A program made the position numbers and the translations under genes. A stretch of DNA of 32,280 bases from a virus (Duplodnaviria; Caudoviricetes). Location: positions 1-32,280 of IMG/VR virus record IMGVR_UViG_3300025375_000012; one strand, given 5' to 3'. Within the stretch, counting starts at the first letter, position 1; the number at the start of each line of letters is the position of its first letter. The notes beneath the pieces were generated by a model, which did not search any database, was not told the DNA's origin, and worked only from the letters and a program-made list of their open reading frames with translations. Positions 1 through 6,975 of this stretch are shown here, piece after piece.

Positions 1-159
1 AGCTATCCAGCCCGTAAAAAGGATGATGGAACCTGGTGGAAGCACGTTTGGGGCAGCGACAAGTTCAACGCTACTATTTTGAAGAAAGCGCAACAAGCAC
101 AGCCAGCGGCAAAACCCAAGGCTAGGCCAATCATGGATGATGAAGACCTTCCGTTCTGA
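1..159 (+). CDS. Single-stranded DNA-binding protein, C-terminal part (5' truncated; possibly SpoVG-like fold)
   Basis: Frame 1 reads SYPARKKDDGTWWKHVWGSDKFNATILKKAQQAQPAAKPKARPIMDDEDLPF*. It ends in the typical acidic SSB tail DDEDLPF after an A/P/Q/K linker. Not in the ORF track. Confidence 0.75.
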   Translation, partial: SYPARKKDDGTWWKHVWGSDKFNATILKKAQQAQPAAKPKARPIMDDEDLPF

Positions 160-165
160 TGTTTG

Positions 166-258
166 GGGGATACTGTTGAATTTCGGGTTAGCGCCGAAAC
201 GCTCATTCCAATAAGGATGTTTCATAAACACTGCTTTATGTGAATCAACAGTATCCCC
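166..258 (+). ncRNA. Candidate cloverleaf/multi-branch structured RNA
   Basis: Perfect 14-bp closing stem GGGGATACTGTTGA/TCAACAGTATCCCC enclosing three small hairpins. It fills the intergenic space. Confidence 0.6.
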
Positions 259-267
259 ACCCTCAAA

Positions 268-474
268 ATGAAAACACTACTAAACGTAAACACTGGTGAA
301 CTTCTGATGGAGACTAAATCTTCATGGATTTCGTCTGTTGGGGATGTGTTTGTTAAGGTCGGCAACGGCTTTATGACCCCCAAAGGCGATCTTGTCCAAC
401 AAGTCGGAACCGACTTTTCCAACACGACAAACTTAGATTTTTTTACAAGGATTGACCATGACAACGTATGCTGA
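268..474 (+). CDS. Hypothetical protein
   Basis: 68-aa ATG ORF, co-oriented with and overlapping the next gene. Confidence 0.65.
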   Translation: MKTLLNVNTGELLMETKSSWISSVGDVFVKVGNGFMTPKGDLVQQVGTDFSNTTNLDFFTRIDHDNVC

Positions 475-763
475 CATTGAAATGAAAATTGTGCAATGGG
501 CAGAAGCCCGCAAGATCATTCCCAACAGTACACCAGCAACCCAGCTACTCAAAGCAGTTAGCGAAATGGGTGAACTGGCAGATGCCACCATCAAGAACCA
601 TGAAGACGAAATCATTGACGCTGTAGGCGATGTAATGGTCTGTCTGGTGGTCTATTGCGCTCTACGAGACATTAACCTAGTGTCTTGCATGGAAGTGGCA
701 TACGACCAGATCAAGAACCGCAAAGGCATCTTGCTGCCTAACGGAGTGTTCGTCAAAGAATAA
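458..763 (+). CDS. mazG: MazG-like nucleoside triphosphate pyrophosphohydrolase
   Basis: Motif QLLKAVSEMGELADA...IIDAVGDVMVCL...AYDQIKNRKG, the all-alpha NTP-PPase ExxE...D..GD signature. ATG at 458. Confidence 0.88.
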   Translation: MTTYADIEMKIVQWAEARKIIPNSTPATQLLKAVSEMGELADATIKNHEDEIIDAVGDVMVCLVVYCALRDINLVSCMEVAYDQIKNRKGILLPNGVFVKE

Positions 764-768
764 GTTTA

Positions 769-839
769 GGGGGGAAAGCGGCTGCTGGAGGTAGGTGCTG
801 TCTAAAGGGCATATCAAGAACAGCGCAGCGAGTACCCCC
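769..839 (+). ncRNA. Candidate structured RNA with a loop-E/sarcin-ricin-like internal loop
   Basis: GGGGG-GAAA-GC ... GC-GAGTA-CCCCC is a closing stem with a GAA/AGUA loop, plus inner GCTG/CAGC pairing. Intergenic if the next gene starts at 852. Confidence 0.55.
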
Positions 840-851
840 GCCATTAAAAAT

Positions 852-1004
852 ATGAAAGCTACCTACGATATGTTTATTCGCGCACTGACATTCCTGGGAA
901 TGTTTGCAACTTTAATGTTTCTATTGGGCTATACATACGCATCTATTCCGATTGTTATGTCTAAGACCTGCACACCATCTTTTATTGACAGGATTCTGAA
1001 ATGA
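852..1004 (+). CDS. Small single-pass membrane protein
   Basis: MKATYDMFIRALTFLGMFATLMFLLGYTYASIPIV... contains one hydrophobic helix. ATG 852 is preferred over GTG 795, which lies inside the RNA structure. Confidence 0.65.
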   Translation: MKATYDMFIRALTFLGMFATLMFLLGYTYASIPIVMSKTCTPSFIDRILK

Positions 1005-1108
1005 AAACTTGGCCTTTCCCACCTTTCCCAAGACCAATTCCGGCAAAAACACCGCCAGTTAAATTTAACCCTGATAACTTTGAAGATGCACCATATTATG
1101 CGAGTTAA
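1001..1108 (+). CDS. 35-aa proline-rich peptide
   Basis: MKTWPFPPFPRPIPAKTPPVKFNPDNFEDAPYYAS*. ATGA overlap with the upstream stop and overlap with the downstream start suggest translational coupling. Too short for the ORF track. Confidence 0.65.
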   Translation: MKTWPFPPFPRPIPAKTPPVKFNPDNFEDAPYYAS

Positions 1109-1322
1109 CCCAGAAACAACATTGGGAGCATTTCCTTTGGTACATGGCGATAAAGTTTCAAAGAGTCATATTGCCGGTAATTATGTCAAACGAGAACGTG
1201 ATCCTAATGAAGCATTACCGCCAAGCATGAACTTGTGGAAACGTCCTGTGTACAAGCCAGAGCAAGGTTATGTACGCGCAGGTGGTAACAACTTTTTGTC
1301 AATCAAAAGCAGGGGGTTTTAA
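1098..1322 (+). CDS. Hypothetical protein
   Basis: MRVNPETTLGAF...FLSIKSRGF. Its stop overlaps the next ATG (TAATG). Confidence 0.7.
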   Translation: MRVNPETTLGAFPLVHGDKVSKSHIAGNYVKRERDPNEALPPSMNLWKRPVYKPEQGYVRAGGNNFLSIKSRGF

Positions 1323-1585
1323 TGACTGGATTTGCAAGCAAGCGACAAGCAGCTTGGGATAAATTTTCTGATCCTTGGAATGGAGTTGGATTGTGGAAAG
1401 AGATTGAAAATACATTGATTCAACCAACAAAATACACCACCGAAACTACATATAAGGCCGTTGGATATTGGGTGTTGTATAAGGAAGCAACCATCAAAAC
1501 AAGATTTGGGGTGTGCTACAAGCCAACCAAAGATCAGATCAGAAACACCGAGCTTTTGCTAGGATGGGCATGGGAGGACGCATGA
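1322..1585 (+). CDS. Hypothetical protein
   Basis: 87-aa ORF coupled at both ends (TAATG and ATGA overlaps). Confidence 0.75.
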   Translation: MTGFASKRQAAWDKFSDPWNGVGLWKEIENTLIQPTKYTTETTYKAVGYWVLYKEATIKTRFGVCYKPTKDQIRNTELLLGWAWEDA

Positions 1586-1815
1586 CCGACTACCTAGCTG
1601 GTGGACAAGAGTATCTATATCCATTTGCAGGTGATCCATATCCTCCTTTAGACACAAAAGTTCTTGTGTTAACCAAGGGTGGGATATGTACCGTTGGATA
1701 TTGGGGAGCAAATTGGTGCCAAGCATGGCTTCCATTGCCAAAACGTAATAAAAAGAAAGAAGAGCTAAGTGAAAAAACCAGGATGGGCGCAATACATTCG
1801 CAAATTGTTGCGTGA
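1582..1815 (+). CDS. Hypothetical protein (DUF551-like)
   Basis: ATG at 1582 preceded by GGAGG. PPLDTKVLVL...G...W...AWLPLPK resembles the DUF551 pattern. Confidence 0.6.
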   Translation: MTDYLAGGQEYLYPFAGDPYPPLDTKVLVLTKGGICTVGYWGANWCQAWLPLPKRNKKKEELSEKTRMGAIHSQIVA

Positions 1816-2020
1816 AGAAATTGACGGTTTAACAATATCAGAAATATGTCAATTGCTAGATGCAAGTACAGATTCAATTCATTACGCAATAAAACAAATG
1901 CCAGATGCTTATATTGACCGATGGACAAGACCAAGTAAATACAGACAAACTGAATCTATTTGGTGTGTAGTAGTGCCACCAGAAAACTGCCCTAAACCAG
2001 AAGGAAAAAATGAAATATAG
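1769..2020 (+). CDS. Putative winged-helix DNA-binding protein, paralog 1
   Basis: IRKLLREEIDGLTISEICQLLDASTDSIHYAIKQMPDAYIDRW is HTH-like, and the protein is clearly similar to the next ORF. Confidence 0.7.
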   Translation: MKKPGWAQYIRKLLREEIDGLTISEICQLLDASTDSIHYAIKQMPDAYIDRWTRPSKYRQTESIWCVVVPPENCPKPEGKNEI

Positions 2021-2261
2021 ATGGAATACTCATATTCGCAAGCTAATGCGCGAACAGGAATCGCTTGATGGGTATACCACCAATCAAGTCACAGCATTGT
2101 TAAAAGCACCTAAAAAGTCTATTTATGCAGCGCTAAGAAAGATGCCAGACACTTACATTGACCGCTGGACTGAATGCCTCAGATCAGAGCCATCAGAGGC
2201 TGTCTGGTGCATCATTATTCCGCCTACAGATTGCCCACGACCTAGAAAGAAGAAACCATGA
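2010..2261 (+). CDS. Putative winged-helix DNA-binding protein, paralog 2
   Basis: Shares IRKL.RE, DG.T, MPD.YIDRW, WC...PP..CP.P with 1769-2020. Confidence 0.7.
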   Translation: MKYRWNTHIRKLMREQESLDGYTTNQVTALLKAPKKSIYAALRKMPDTYIDRWTECLRSEPSEAVWCIIIPPTDCPRPRKKKP

Positions 2262-2467
2262 TGATGCCAGTAGGAACAGAGTTAAAAGTATGTAATGACA
2301 TTGCCATGAGGCAAGCACTAGGACTGAAGAAGTACGGTACTACCGTATCAGAAAACCCCCTAGAATTGCGCGAATGGCTGCAACACGCCTATGAAGAATG
2401 CCTTGACCAGGCTATTTATCTACGTCGAGCAATGGAGGAAATGGATGGGCCAGAACGACTTACCTAA
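2258..2467 (+). CDS. Small phage protein, possible all-alpha NTP-pyrophosphatase-like
   Basis: GLKKYGTT...WLQHAYEECLDQAIYL carries an EExxD helix motif reminiscent of MazG-superfamily metal ligands. ATGA overlap upstream. Confidence 0.55.
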   Translation: MMMPVGTELKVCNDIAMRQALGLKKYGTTVSENPLELREWLQHAYEECLDQAIYLRRAMEEMDGPERLT

Positions 2468-2651
2468 CTTTGCTGCATGGAGCAATAAGAACCTTGCAGA
2501 CTTTGCTGTAGAAGCTTACATCCGTATGCAAGAACAGCAAGACGCAATAGAAGAATTGCGAAACGATCTTAAATTTGCTATGTCGGAGTTACGCAAAGGT
2601 GCTATTTTGGAACACAAAGATGGTTACAAAATGGTAGTGAAAAATGTGTAA
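2445..2651 (+). CDS. Hypothetical coiled-coil protein
   Basis: MGQNDLPNFAAWSNKNLADFA...; GGAGG lies upstream of ATG 2445. Confidence 0.65.
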   Translation: MGQNDLPNFAAWSNKNLADFAVEAYIRMQEQQDAIEELRNDLKFAMSELRKGAILEHKDGYKMVVKNV

Positions 2652-2696
2652 GATGATGTCACAGCGGTTTGCTGTGGTTAAACTTTGGAGAATGTT

Positions 2697-2960
2697 ATGT
2701 TATTTCTTGTGAATTATGAGCTGATTAAAATGGTTGAACTTGCAGCTTTGTTTTTTGGTTTTGAACCAGCCACGGAGGAAGATATGGATGATTTTGACGC
2801 CTTCATGGATTCGTTTGAAGAAGACGAAGAGTACGTTTATGACGAAGAAGCAGAGTGCTACTGCTGGTACGACGAAGAGTACGATGCTTGGTACTGGCTG
2901 GACGAAGAGTCTGGCGAGTGGCTCCTGGTAGAAGACGAAGAAGAGGCAGAAGAAGCCTAA
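2697..2960 (+). CDS. Highly acidic, aromatic-rich small protein (possible DNA mimic)
   Basis: GGAG RBS then ATG 2697. By manual count about 34 of 87 residues are D/E, with 1 K and 0 R. Followed by a terminator. Confidence 0.75.
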   Translation: MLFLVNYELIKMVELAALFFGFEPATEEDMDDFDAFMDSFEEDEEYVYDEEAECYCWYDEEYDAWYWLDEESGEWLLVEDEEEAEEA

Positions 2961-2982
2961 ATTGGGTACGATCCTACCCAAC

Positions 2983-3009
2983 AAGGGGGCTTAGGCCCCC
3001 TTCTTTTTT
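2983..3009 (+). terminator. Rho-independent terminator at the convergence of early and late units (possibly bidirectional)
   Basis: AAGGGGGC-TTAG-GCCCCCTT followed by CTTTTTT. A second hairpin TTGGGTA/TACCCAA lies at 2962-2981. Confidence 0.85.
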
Positions 3010-3958
3010 ATAGACCGCTAACATCTATCACTTCACCACGGAATTCGATCTTTCCGTCTTCCCATTTGTGGACAAGTTCAGGCCAAAGCAACTTTCCATC
3101 TTTAATCGTCAGTACAGCAAACCCTGAACGGTGGTTCAACGGATTGCCTTCACCGTATTCAAATTGTGGGCCATAAGGTTCAGCAAGAGTGCCAGTATCT
3201 ACGCCAAAACGGTTGCCGTTGTAGTCTGCGTAAGGCGTAACCTTCAAGCTGTGCAAATGACCCGTTACGATGCTTTTACCAGCCCCTACAGTGTTGTTAT
3301 GAGCAGCGTGAATGCCACTCTTGTAGCGATGCTTGATGATTATGTCATCGGTAGCCCAAGTAAGCATACAGAACTGCCAGTCTGTGAAGTGGTCTGACAG
3401 CTTAAATCCAGGTGTATTCACATATTGAGGTGCATTTGCTGCCAATCGCATCTCAAAACGAGCATCATGGTTGCCCATTGTCCAAATCAGCTTTGCGTTA
3501 TGTCGAGCTTTCTTAGTAGCTTCCGACACTTCACCAAGCATTTCTTGGCAAGTATGCAGCTCTTCAATCAGACTTGGTGTACGAGCCCAACCCAAAGGTG
3601 GATGGCGAGACACAGATGCACCGTCAAAAGCATCGCCATTGCAAATAACTGCTTTCGGCTGTAGCTTTTCAATCGCCCACAATAAGCCTTGAAAAGCAGT
3701 AGTCCGTATCCCAGGCCAGAAATGAGCGTCAGAAAAAACAATAACTGTGCCATTTTCAATTCCAAGTTCAGATTTGGGTGCAGGGGGAGCCCAAGTTTTG
3801 ATTTCTTTATGGGTATCAAGGTTCATATTGTGCTTCTCTGCCAGACGATCTCTGCGTCGATAAACATTACGAAGATTTGTACCCATCGTTTTTGCCATCT
3901 TGGAAGGCGATTTATGGGTGTTCCAAAGTTCAAGAAACTCTTGGTCATTCAATTTCAT
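3008..3958 (-). CDS. Calcineurin-like metallophosphoesterase with N-terminal HTH-like region
   Basis: Motifs SDAH, NGDAFD, GNHD, KH and GHLH occur in canonical order. Confidence 0.88.
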   Translation of the reverse strand: MKLNDQEFLELWNTHKSPSKMAKTMGTNLRNVYRRRDRLAEKHNMNLDTHKEIKTWAPPAPKSELGIENGTVIVFSDAHFWPGIRTTAFQGLLWAIEKLQPKAVICNGDAFDGASVSRHPPLGWARTPSLIEELHTCQEMLGEVSEATKKARHNAKLIWTMGNHDARFEMRLAANAPQYVNTPGFKLSDHFTDWQFCMLTWATDDIIIKHRYKSGIHAAHNNTVGAGKSIVTGHLHSLKVTPYADYNGNRFGVDTGTLAEPYGPQFEYGEGNPLNHRSGFAVLTIKDGKLLWPELVHKWEDGKIEFRGEVIDVSGL

Positions 3959-3987
3959 TGCATTACCCTTTGTTCAAACTTTCCGAA

Positions 3988-4007
3988 CGTAACATATTTT
4001 TGTTACG
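3988..4007. promoter_or_regulatory. Operator-like palindrome upstream of the phosphoesterase
   Basis: CGTAACA-N6-TGTTACG perfect inverted repeat, overlapping the endolysin stop codon. Confidence 0.35.
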
Positions 4008-4515
4008 CAACCATTTCCAAAGATGTTGCCTGAACAGAAGCAACACGAGTTGTCCAGCCTTTGCCAAAAGTTCCAAAAGTAGGAAGGCTTTGCAGAAAAG
4101 CCAAACGCTTTGCACCGTAAGCCGCAATCAGTTCGTTAACGTCATGGGCCGCTACAGCAGCCAAAGTGCCTTTGCCAATAGAACCATCAGCCGTAACGCC
4201 TACAACCTCTTGTAGCCACTTTGCAGCCCTTCCTGGGCCACTGTTAATGGCAACATCAAACACAGCGTAGTCAAGTCCATCAGGAAGATCGTCACCAGAG
4301 ACTTGATCCCAGTATTTGCGCTTGTACAAAGGAGCTACATCGTCTGGTGTTAAGGCTCGCATATCTGCTTCAGATACAGGGTGACCAACAAAAGCTTCCC
4401 ATACAGCTTTGGTGCAGCCCAAATTAGTCATCCCACCTGGGTCTGCTGGATTGTTTACAAATCCGCCTTCTGATTTAAGAACATTAGCTAGACAAGTTTC
4501 AAAGTTTGAGTTCAT
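4003..4515 (-). CDS. Endolysin, glycoside hydrolase family 108 with C-terminal peptidoglycan-binding domain
   Basis: SEGGFVNNPADPGGMTNLG (GH108 EGG motif), YKRKYW, FDVAINSG, ADGSIGKGTL, FGKGWTTR. Confidence 0.93.
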   Translation of the reverse strand: MNSNFETCLANVLKSEGGFVNNPADPGGMTNLGCTKAVWEAFVGHPVSEADMRALTPDDVAPLYKRKYWDQVSGDDLPDGLDYAVFDVAINSGPGRAAKWLQEVVGVTADGSIGKGTLAAVAAHDVNELIAAYGAKRLAFLQSLPTFGTFGKGWTTRVASVQATSLEMVA

Positions 4516-5006
4516 TGCGATGGTGTAGATTGGTGAAGAAGAGCGTCTTTGTTTTGGCTAGAAGCAGATGAGCCAAAATAGAAACTAACGATGCCAGTCC
4601 AGGCTGTGCCAAGCGAACCTAGCATGATGTCAATTTGTGGTGCGTGTTGAATCTGACCATACATCAAGCCAAACAAAATTCCAAAGAAGCCGCCAGTCAC
4701 TCCAATAGCTAACACCGGCGGGATGTAAGAACGGGTAATGGCCTGCATATCACGCGCAGACTTGCGGTCATCATTTGCCAGCTTTGCGAAGTCCAAGTTC
4801 ATGGCCTGGGCTTGCTTTTTAAGTTCCAGTTCGGCTTGCTGGAGCGCGGCTACCTGCGTGGCGTCAAGTTTGTTATTGCTAATGACGTTTTGCACTTCTT
4901 CTGGTGTGCAGCCGATAGCCTTGCTGACAGCGGACACCGCCATACCTGCAAGCGGGCCACCCAGCGCCGTGGCAATCGTAGGGGCAATTTGTGCGAGCCA
5001 ATCCAT
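4512..5006 (-). CDS. Holin (3TM/GTA-holin-like)
   Basis: APTIATALGGPLAG N-terminus, DRKSARDMQ, two hydrophobic segments ending FYFGSS. ATGA-coupled to the endolysin. Confidence 0.75.
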   Translation of the reverse strand: MDWLAQIAPTIATALGGPLAGMAVSAVSKAIGCTPEEVQNVISNNKLDATQVAALQQAELELKKQAQAMNLDFAKLANDDRKSARDMQAITRSYIPPVLAIGVTGGFFGILFGLMYGQIQHAPQIDIMLGSLGTAWTGIVSFYFGSSASSQNKDALLHQSTPSQ

Positions 5007-5007
5007 G

Positions 5008-5478
5008 TTATTTCCTCATAAAGTCTGCGTATTCCATCGTGCCCCAGGCCAGCAAAGTAATAAGCAAAGCACCGGCAACAATCGCCAGCACCATTTCTAC
5101 AACTTCTTCCATTTCTTTTTTGCGCTTTGATTTAGCTTTTTCCATAGCTATTTCCTCTGATTTGTTTTCAGCCACGATTCGGTTTCTTTCTCGTAAGAAA
5201 TCCATCCACAAATTTGTTTTACCCCTGCGCATAAATGACAACTTAAGTTCTTCTTCAGCTTGTTGTAGCTCTTCAGCAATCTGAATAAACTCTAAAGCCT
5301 GTGAGTTGACAGACTTTAATGGATTTTTTGAAGGCTTGGCCTTCTCTTTCATTACTGCATCTTTAACGTCAAACAATTCATGGTACAGATTAGATGCATC
5401 TTTACCCAAAGCAATTGCTTGTTTAACCCCTGCTATTGTGGCTCTTGCAGTCGCAATCAGGGTTATTGGGTCAATCAT
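5008..5478 (-). CDS. Hypothetical membrane-anchored coiled-coil protein (lysis region)
   Basis: MIDPITLIA..., a charged helical middle, and C-terminal TM VLAIVAGALLITLLAWG. Confidence 0.75.
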   Translation of the reverse strand: MIDPITLIATARATIAGVKQAIALGKDASNLYHELFDVKDAVMKEKAKPSKNPLKSVNSQALEFIQIAEELQQAEEELKLSFMRRGKTNLWMDFLRERNRIVAENKSEEIAMEKAKSKRKKEMEEVVEMVLAIVAGALLITLLAWGTMEYADFMRK

Positions 5479-5708
5479 TTGTCTTGCTTGCCGTCTAGCT
5501 TGTCAAATATCTTGTTCAACATATCTTTAATGTCGCGCATATCTGAGCGGTAATCATCTTTTCCAACGTAAGACTTTGGCAAGTCCTCACGAAGTTTAGA
5601 CAGGTCTGATTTCAATTCTTTGACAGCAGACCACATTTCACGGGCAAACCAGCCCATCACGGAAAGACCAGCACCTAAAACCGCATCAATTATTTGTTGA
5701 GTTTCCAT
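5475..5708 (-). CDS. Small TM plus coiled-coil protein (holin/antiholin-like)
   Basis: N-terminal hydrophobic helix, then YVGKDDYRSDMRDIKDMLNKIFDKLDGKQDK. Confidence 0.75.
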   Translation of the reverse strand: METQQIIDAVLGAGLSVMGWFAREMWSAVKELKSDLSKLREDLPKSYVGKDDYRSDMRDIKDMLNKIFDKLDGKQDK

Positions 5709-5713
5709 GATTG

Positions 5714-6973
5714 TTACCGAGCAGGAGGGGGAACACCTTGCATACCGCGACCAGCCCCTATTTTAGTTGCTTGTTGTGCATCTTGTAATTTCTTGCCCAA
5801 TGACTTCAATTCTTCTGGGCTTTCGCCAAGTTCTTTGGAGTAGCTGGCTAATTGAGTGGCAAGTGCAGCCTTTGGCAGTACGTTGGCAATTATTTGACCT
5901 GTTGCGTTTTGTCCAAAATTAGACCAATCGCCAGTTTTCTTTGCTTCCTTGTAATCTGAGACAAGGCCAGCAACACCTAAAGCATTGATTCCAGCATTAG
6001 CCATGCCGCCAATGGATGCGTTTCCTTTAATGTAATCAGGAATGTATTTTGGTTTACCAAAGTCACCGCCAGATTTGGCTTGAATTGTTTCTCTAGTAGG
6101 TGGATATCGAGTTGCAGAATAATCCGATTCCACTTGTTTGTATGGAACATTTATCTTTCCATATTGCTCTTCATAGGCAATAGGCGCTCTTTCTGGCCCA
6201 AGATTGTTATGCAACCAGTTATAGCCACCTGAGCCAATAAATGGTTCACCAGTAGCCGGATTGATTCCTTTGGGCTTTGTGTAGTTTTCACGCATTCCAG
6301 GCATACCTTCAACAGGCGCAGGATTATTGGCAATAGTAGCCAATGAACCACGAGCAGCACGAGGTGGTGCTACGCCTTCTTTAGGTGCTTCTTTGGTAAG
6401 TTCTACAGCCTTTTCAACAGGAGTTGCAACAGGATTGGTTACAACTTCTGCTGGAGTAGGCGAAGCAGGTAAAGATGGTGTTGTAGAAGTTTGAGTAACA
6501 GTAGGAGTTGTCGTTTGGACAGGCTCAGAAGGCAATCCAAATTTTGCTTTTAATTCTTCTAAAGTTGGAGCAACTTGTTTTGCTTCTTGAACAGGTTGAG
6601 AATTGTCAAAAGACGGTTCCATTTGAGTAGGTCGATTTGAAACATCTAATTGAGGTTCAATTTTTTGACTATCAATTTTGTCTTTTAATGAATTAAAAAC
6701 TTTTTTATCATTAGTTGATGTTGATAAAGGTTCAGATGGATTAGTATATTTATCATAGGCTGCTTTTGCAGCAAGCAAGGCAGCAGCAGTTCCAGCACCA
6801 ATAACAACAGGCTTTACCCAATCACCAGCAGGTGCTGTTTGAACTTCTTGTTTTGTTGGTTCAGATGTAAGAGGTACAACTCCAGCATTTTCTCTGGAAA
6901 TTACCGAGTTAATTTCATCCTCAGTTAATTTTCCTTGAGCCTCTTTACGAAAACCTTGCGCATCAAAAGCCAT
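5714..6973 (-). CDS. Putative internal virion/ejection protein
   Basis: 419 aa with a P/T-rich linker and G/A-rich amphipathic segments. Lies between the tail and lysis genes. Confidence 0.6.
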   Translation of the reverse strand: MAFDAQGFRKEAQGKLTEDEINSVISRENAGVVPLTSEPTKQEVQTAPAGDWVKPVVIGAGTAAALLAAKAAYDKYTNPSEPLSTSTNDKKVFNSLKDKIDSQKIEPQLDVSNRPTQMEPSFDNSQPVQEAKQVAPTLEELKAKFGLPSEPVQTTTPTVTQTSTTPSLPASPTPAEVVTNPVATPVEKAVELTKEAPKEGVAPPRAARGSLATIANNPAPVEGMPGMRENYTKPKGINPATGEPFIGSGGYNWLHNNLGPERAPIAYEEQYGKINVPYKQVESDYSATRYPPTRETIQAKSGGDFGKPKYIPDYIKGNASIGGMANAGINALGVAGLVSDYKEAKKTGDWSNFGQNATGQIIANVLPKAALATQLASYSKELGESPEELKSLGKKLQDAQQATKIGAGRGMQGVPPPAR

Positions 6974-6975
6974 GA

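Noticed and set aside
166-258. Possible tRNA or intrinsic terminator
   Set aside because: No TTCGA T-loop, the outer stem is too long for an acceptor stem, and there is no downstream U-tract. Kept only as an unknown structured RNA.
795-851. N-terminal extension of the membrane ORF from GTG 795
   Set aside because: It runs through the predicted RNA structure, so ATG 852 is more parsimonious. A GGAGG at 787-791 lies too close to the GTG to be a good RBS, though this start is not fully excluded.
2821-2945. GACGAAGA repeats as a mini CRISPR array
   Set aside because: The repeats are only 8-10 nt, in frame and encode DEE. No cas genes or repeat palindromes.
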